A stretch of DNA of 64,000 bases from the human T2T-CHM13v2.0 reference genome, Homo sapiens. Position 1 is the first letter of the stretch, and each line of letters begins with the position of its first letter. The position numbers and the translations under genes are program-made. Below, one piece after another: positions 60,584-64,000 of this stretch. The DNA is taken from the NCBI RefSeq assembly GCF_009914755.1, contig NC_060929.1. One strand, given 5' to 3'. The notes beneath the pieces were generated by a model, which made no database searches, was not told where the DNA came from, and worked only from the letters and a program-made list of their open reading frames with translations.

Positions 60584-60799
60584 GTGCCACTGGACTCATT
60601 TGAGTTTATGGCCACAGCAGAGAGGACACTCCCACAACTGTCAGAGCTTCTGCCTCCCTCTGGCCTCACCTCCTGCCACTCAACTCCTCACTCTTTCCCC
60701 TCAACCTTCTTGGCTGTCTTTCAACTTTTCTCATACAACCAATTCTTCCTTGTCTCAGTCTGAGCAAATTCTATTCTTTCTAATTGTAATGCTTTTCCA

Positions 60800-60970
60800 C
60801 AGGACTAGCTACATACTTTGCAGGTCTCAGTGCAAAATTGAAATGTGGATGTTCTTTTTCATTATTAAGAATTTCAAGATGGTGCCAGTTGAGCTTTACA
60901 GCAAGCATGAAACTCTGCTAAGCACAGGACCCTGTGCAATGCCTGGGTTTTACACCTGGGAGACCTACAC
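60800..60970. mobile_element. MER45A-like hAT-Tip100 MITE inside an L2 (about 60680-61260, +)
   Basis: CAGGACTAGCTACATA..CAGTGCAAAATTGAAATG..ATTATTAAGAATTTCAAGA; host L2 ends TGCCTGGCATAT..TCAATAAATAT..TGAATG. Confidence 0.7.
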
Positions 60971-61619
60971 CCACTTTCATTTCTGCTCTTCACATAGCTG
61001 CCCATCAACACTGAGATCATCATTTCCAGCTATTCTCCTCCAGCTAACTTTTAAATTTGTCTTTAAAGCACTTATCACAGTTTTAAACATTAATTTATTT
61101 ATTTGCTTACTTTTCTGGTCTATCTCCCCCATCCAAGCCCTTTTTAGACTCTAAGCTCTATAAGGGCAGAGACTGTGTCTACTTTGGCCATAGATGCCCA
61201 GAGTCTAGAACTATGCCTGGCATATGTAGACATTCAATAAATATATATGTTGCATGAATGGATTAATTTATGTTCCTCTGTCTTCAGCTTGAAGTTATTT
61301 TTAACATTGAAGTCTTTAGTGCTTTCAGAAAATAGCTCTAGGCTTGTCAGAAAGAAAGCAGGGCCCAACAAGAGTAATCTGCGCTTGAGTGGAGTCAGTG
61401 TAATAGTTTTCTCTCATAGCTGAGAAATTGCCTCTTGTTTCCTCAGATACAGCTTGCTTTCTAGAATCATTTAATTGCTTTTGTGATTTTCAATCTACCC
61501 AAACCTTCCTATTTTTGTATAAAGGAGACATCCCAGTGGCTCAATGAGGTATATTTAGAAAAGAAGATGGGTTTTATGACTTCCTCCTAGATGTTTCTGA
61601 GAGAGGAGTAAATGAAGAG

Positions 61620-61810
61620 TTATCTGACACCAACTAGTATACTGTGGACTGCAGCAGAATTCTGATCTTAGCCACTCAGATTTAGTGCAGACCACACAAG
61701 TTAAAAAGCAGCATCTCCAACAAGACTGCCACTACTTCAGACACCAGCTGCAAGTGGGGGTCCCCTGGCCACCCACATGTTTGACCAACTGGCTACATAA
61801 TTGAGTTCTC
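61620..61810 (-). mobile_element. MER21-family LTR fragment
   Basis: TCTGACACCAACT..AAGACTGCC..ACTTCAGACACCAGCTGCAAGT..TGACCAACTGGCTA. Confidence 0.65.
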
Positions 61811-62089
61811 TGGGGAGAGCAGGGCAGGCCTCTAAAGCAGGTTTGAAATGGCTTGGTGAAGCCAGGAAAGGAGATTGGCCTGGGTGGGGAGACGAGGAGG
61901 GTTTGCCTGTTTGGGAAGGGGCCTGCAAGATTTGGCTCTCCCATCTGTGACAAGGAAGGGAACACCAGGCTTTCTTATCAGTTTGCCCAGATGTGAGGTC
62001 CAAGGGGATGAGGGAAGGGTGAGGCTTAAAAGCTTTCAGCAGTCAAACATCAAAAAATGAAGTTGGATTCCTCATCACACATATTAAAG

Positions 62090-63190
62090 CAGACGAATGT
62101 ATCTTTAATCTATCATGAGTCCCCATGTAACCATCACAAAGCTTCAAATGTTTTAATATAATTTTTCGTTTCTTCTAAACTCCTTACCACTTCCCCACTC
62201 ACATCAGATTACTTTGAGGTAGCTCCTAAGTATTCGAGTATTTCATTTGTAAATATTTCACTATATATCTAAAATATAAACTTTACTTTTAATAAGTAAC
62301 AATAATTATTTAATATTATCAAATATTCATTTTGTGCTCATATTTTTACAATTGGCTTATAAATTTTTTTTAAGTTTTTTTTTGTTAAAACTAGGATTCA
62401 ACCAAGGAACATAGTTAGTTAATATTATTCTTATGCCTCTAATAATCTACAGGTTTCTACTATAGCTAATATTTTTTCCTTATGATTTTATTACTGAAGA
62501 TACCAAGTTGTTTGTCTTATGGAGTTTCCATCTTTCTAACTTCTGCTGTTTGCATCCTCAAGGTGTCTTTGAACAGCTTGTTCCCCTGTCTCTTTTATTT
62601 CCTATAAGTTGATAGTAATATTTAGAGGTTTGATCACATTGAAGTTTGATAGCTAGCTAGCTAGCTAAATAATAGATTGATAGGATGATGGATGAATGGA
62701 TGGATGGATAGATGGATGGACAGATAGGTGGGTAGCTAGATAATAGGATGGATTAATAGATAGAGATAAATATACAGATGATGGATAGATAAAGATATTT
62801 TTCTTTCTTTGTTGGCAAGACTACTTGATTGGTGGTGCTGTATACATCCATTAGGAGGCACATGATTTCTGTTTGCATTTTTTAAATGTCACGTCAGGAG
62901 CTGTTGATGGTCAGTTCACAGATCCGTTAATTCACTAAGGGTTGTAAAATGGTGATCTCCTGATTCTAACATTCCTTCCTCATTAGATAAAACATTTTCT
63001 AAGGAAGAACTACTCTTTATCTAGTACTTGCTTACCCTCAGTTATAGTTCTTACAGGAAAATTAAGGTAGATGCTTGATTCTTTCCATGTATTTATTATA
63101 TTTAAAATGAGTTGGTATTCTTGTATCCTCCAAAGGCAATCTCTGAGTTTGTTGAAGGCTTTTTTTAAGTCATGCTTTGAACTCCTTATG
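62090..63190 (-). mobile_element. L1MC4-like 3' region with embedded microsatellite
   Basis: CATCCATTAGGAGGCACATGA..GGTTGTAAAATGGTGAT..TCTAACATTCCTTC..AGGTAGATGCTTGATTCTTTCC. Confidence 0.65.
62647..62795. repeat. Compound (TAGC)/(GGAT)/(GATA) microsatellite
   Basis: TAGCTAGCTAGCTAGCTA followed by degenerate GATG and GATA tetramers. Confidence 0.9.
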
Positions 63191-64000
63191 CCAAAATTCT
63201 CTTCAGTGGCAGACTTCTTCACCAATTGCCTTTGCATTTTTAGCCTTAATTTTTTCTTTTCTGGAAAGACTCATTTGCTTAATTATCCAGTAACTCATTT
63301 CCGTAAGCTGAACTGAGACAGATACTGGCTACAAGGAGCCTATGTGATTTCTTAAAGAAACTGTATTCCTTGCAGAAAACATAATGTTTAACAAAGTTTA
63401 AGCATGGATGTTTAAAAAAAGACATCTAAATGTCTTTCCTAATAAGATGCAACATTCTTTTTCTCTATTCAGGGATTTTCTTCCCAGAATAGCTTATTCC
63501 ATGGAGAAATAAATGTTTTAAGTTTGGATCAGTTCTCAACTACAGAGATCTATGAGCCTCACCACCCACCCCGCAACCCCACCTCACACCCATAACTTAA
63601 AATGGTCAGAATTATATACCCTTGGTTACATTTCTAATTTAGAAAACTTTCCATTTGTAATTTCTCAGGATTATTACATAATCAGCTAATTATGTCTACT
63701 TCAAACTTTTAAGCAACTTGGGGCTACCAGGAGGTCCGGTCTGGCTCTCTGTGGTGACCCTGGAAATTGCTCAGCCCAAACAAGCAGATTCTGCTACCAG
63801 TGCTTTTGGCTCCATTGCCGGCATGTTTGCTGTTAGTTGACAACATTTTTATCTGACTTCTGCTAAAATTAACCTCACTTGGAATACAGTCTTTCTGTTT
63901 CATCAGTGTAATTACTGGCCCTAGAATGCCTTCCCAAAGCTGTTGTTTATAATGATTCATGCAGCAGAAAATACACAACGTGGTTCTTGAGAGCCAAGCA

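Noticed and set aside
60600-61154. 184-aa ORF
   Set aside because: Runs through L2 and MER45-like repeat sequence, has a non-ATG start and shows no recognisable domain.

Overview
This is primate (human-like) non-coding genomic DNA: AT-rich, CpG-depleted, with no CpG island and no recognisable cellular gene, tRNA, rRNA or CRISPR array. Much of the window is a layered record of transposons: about a dozen Alu/FLAM/FRAM elements, young and old L1s, a HAL1-like element, L2 and MIR fragments, solo LTRs (MER4, MER21, THE1/MST, MLT1) and hAT DNA transposons (MER30, MER58A, MER5, MER94, MER45, Charlie1-like). Many have target-site duplications (TSDs) readable in the sequence. The only ORFs with recognisable protein similarity are broken L1 ORF1/ORF2 pieces; the rest are Alu-derived, low-complexity or chance. 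I found no new biological system. The strongest observation is structural: a ~1.5 kb post-insertion inversion (52679-54212) splits a young L1PA inside the ORF2 zinc-knuckle codons, supported by base-level continuity and an inverted TSD. Also notable are a twin-primed L1 broken at the same codon, a probable older ~0.5 kb inversion through a Charlie element, a 22-bp perfect hairpin inserted in an L1, a ~580 bp polypyrimidine tract and a palindromic CTCF-like site. Subfamily names come from recalled consensus sequences, not from a database search.
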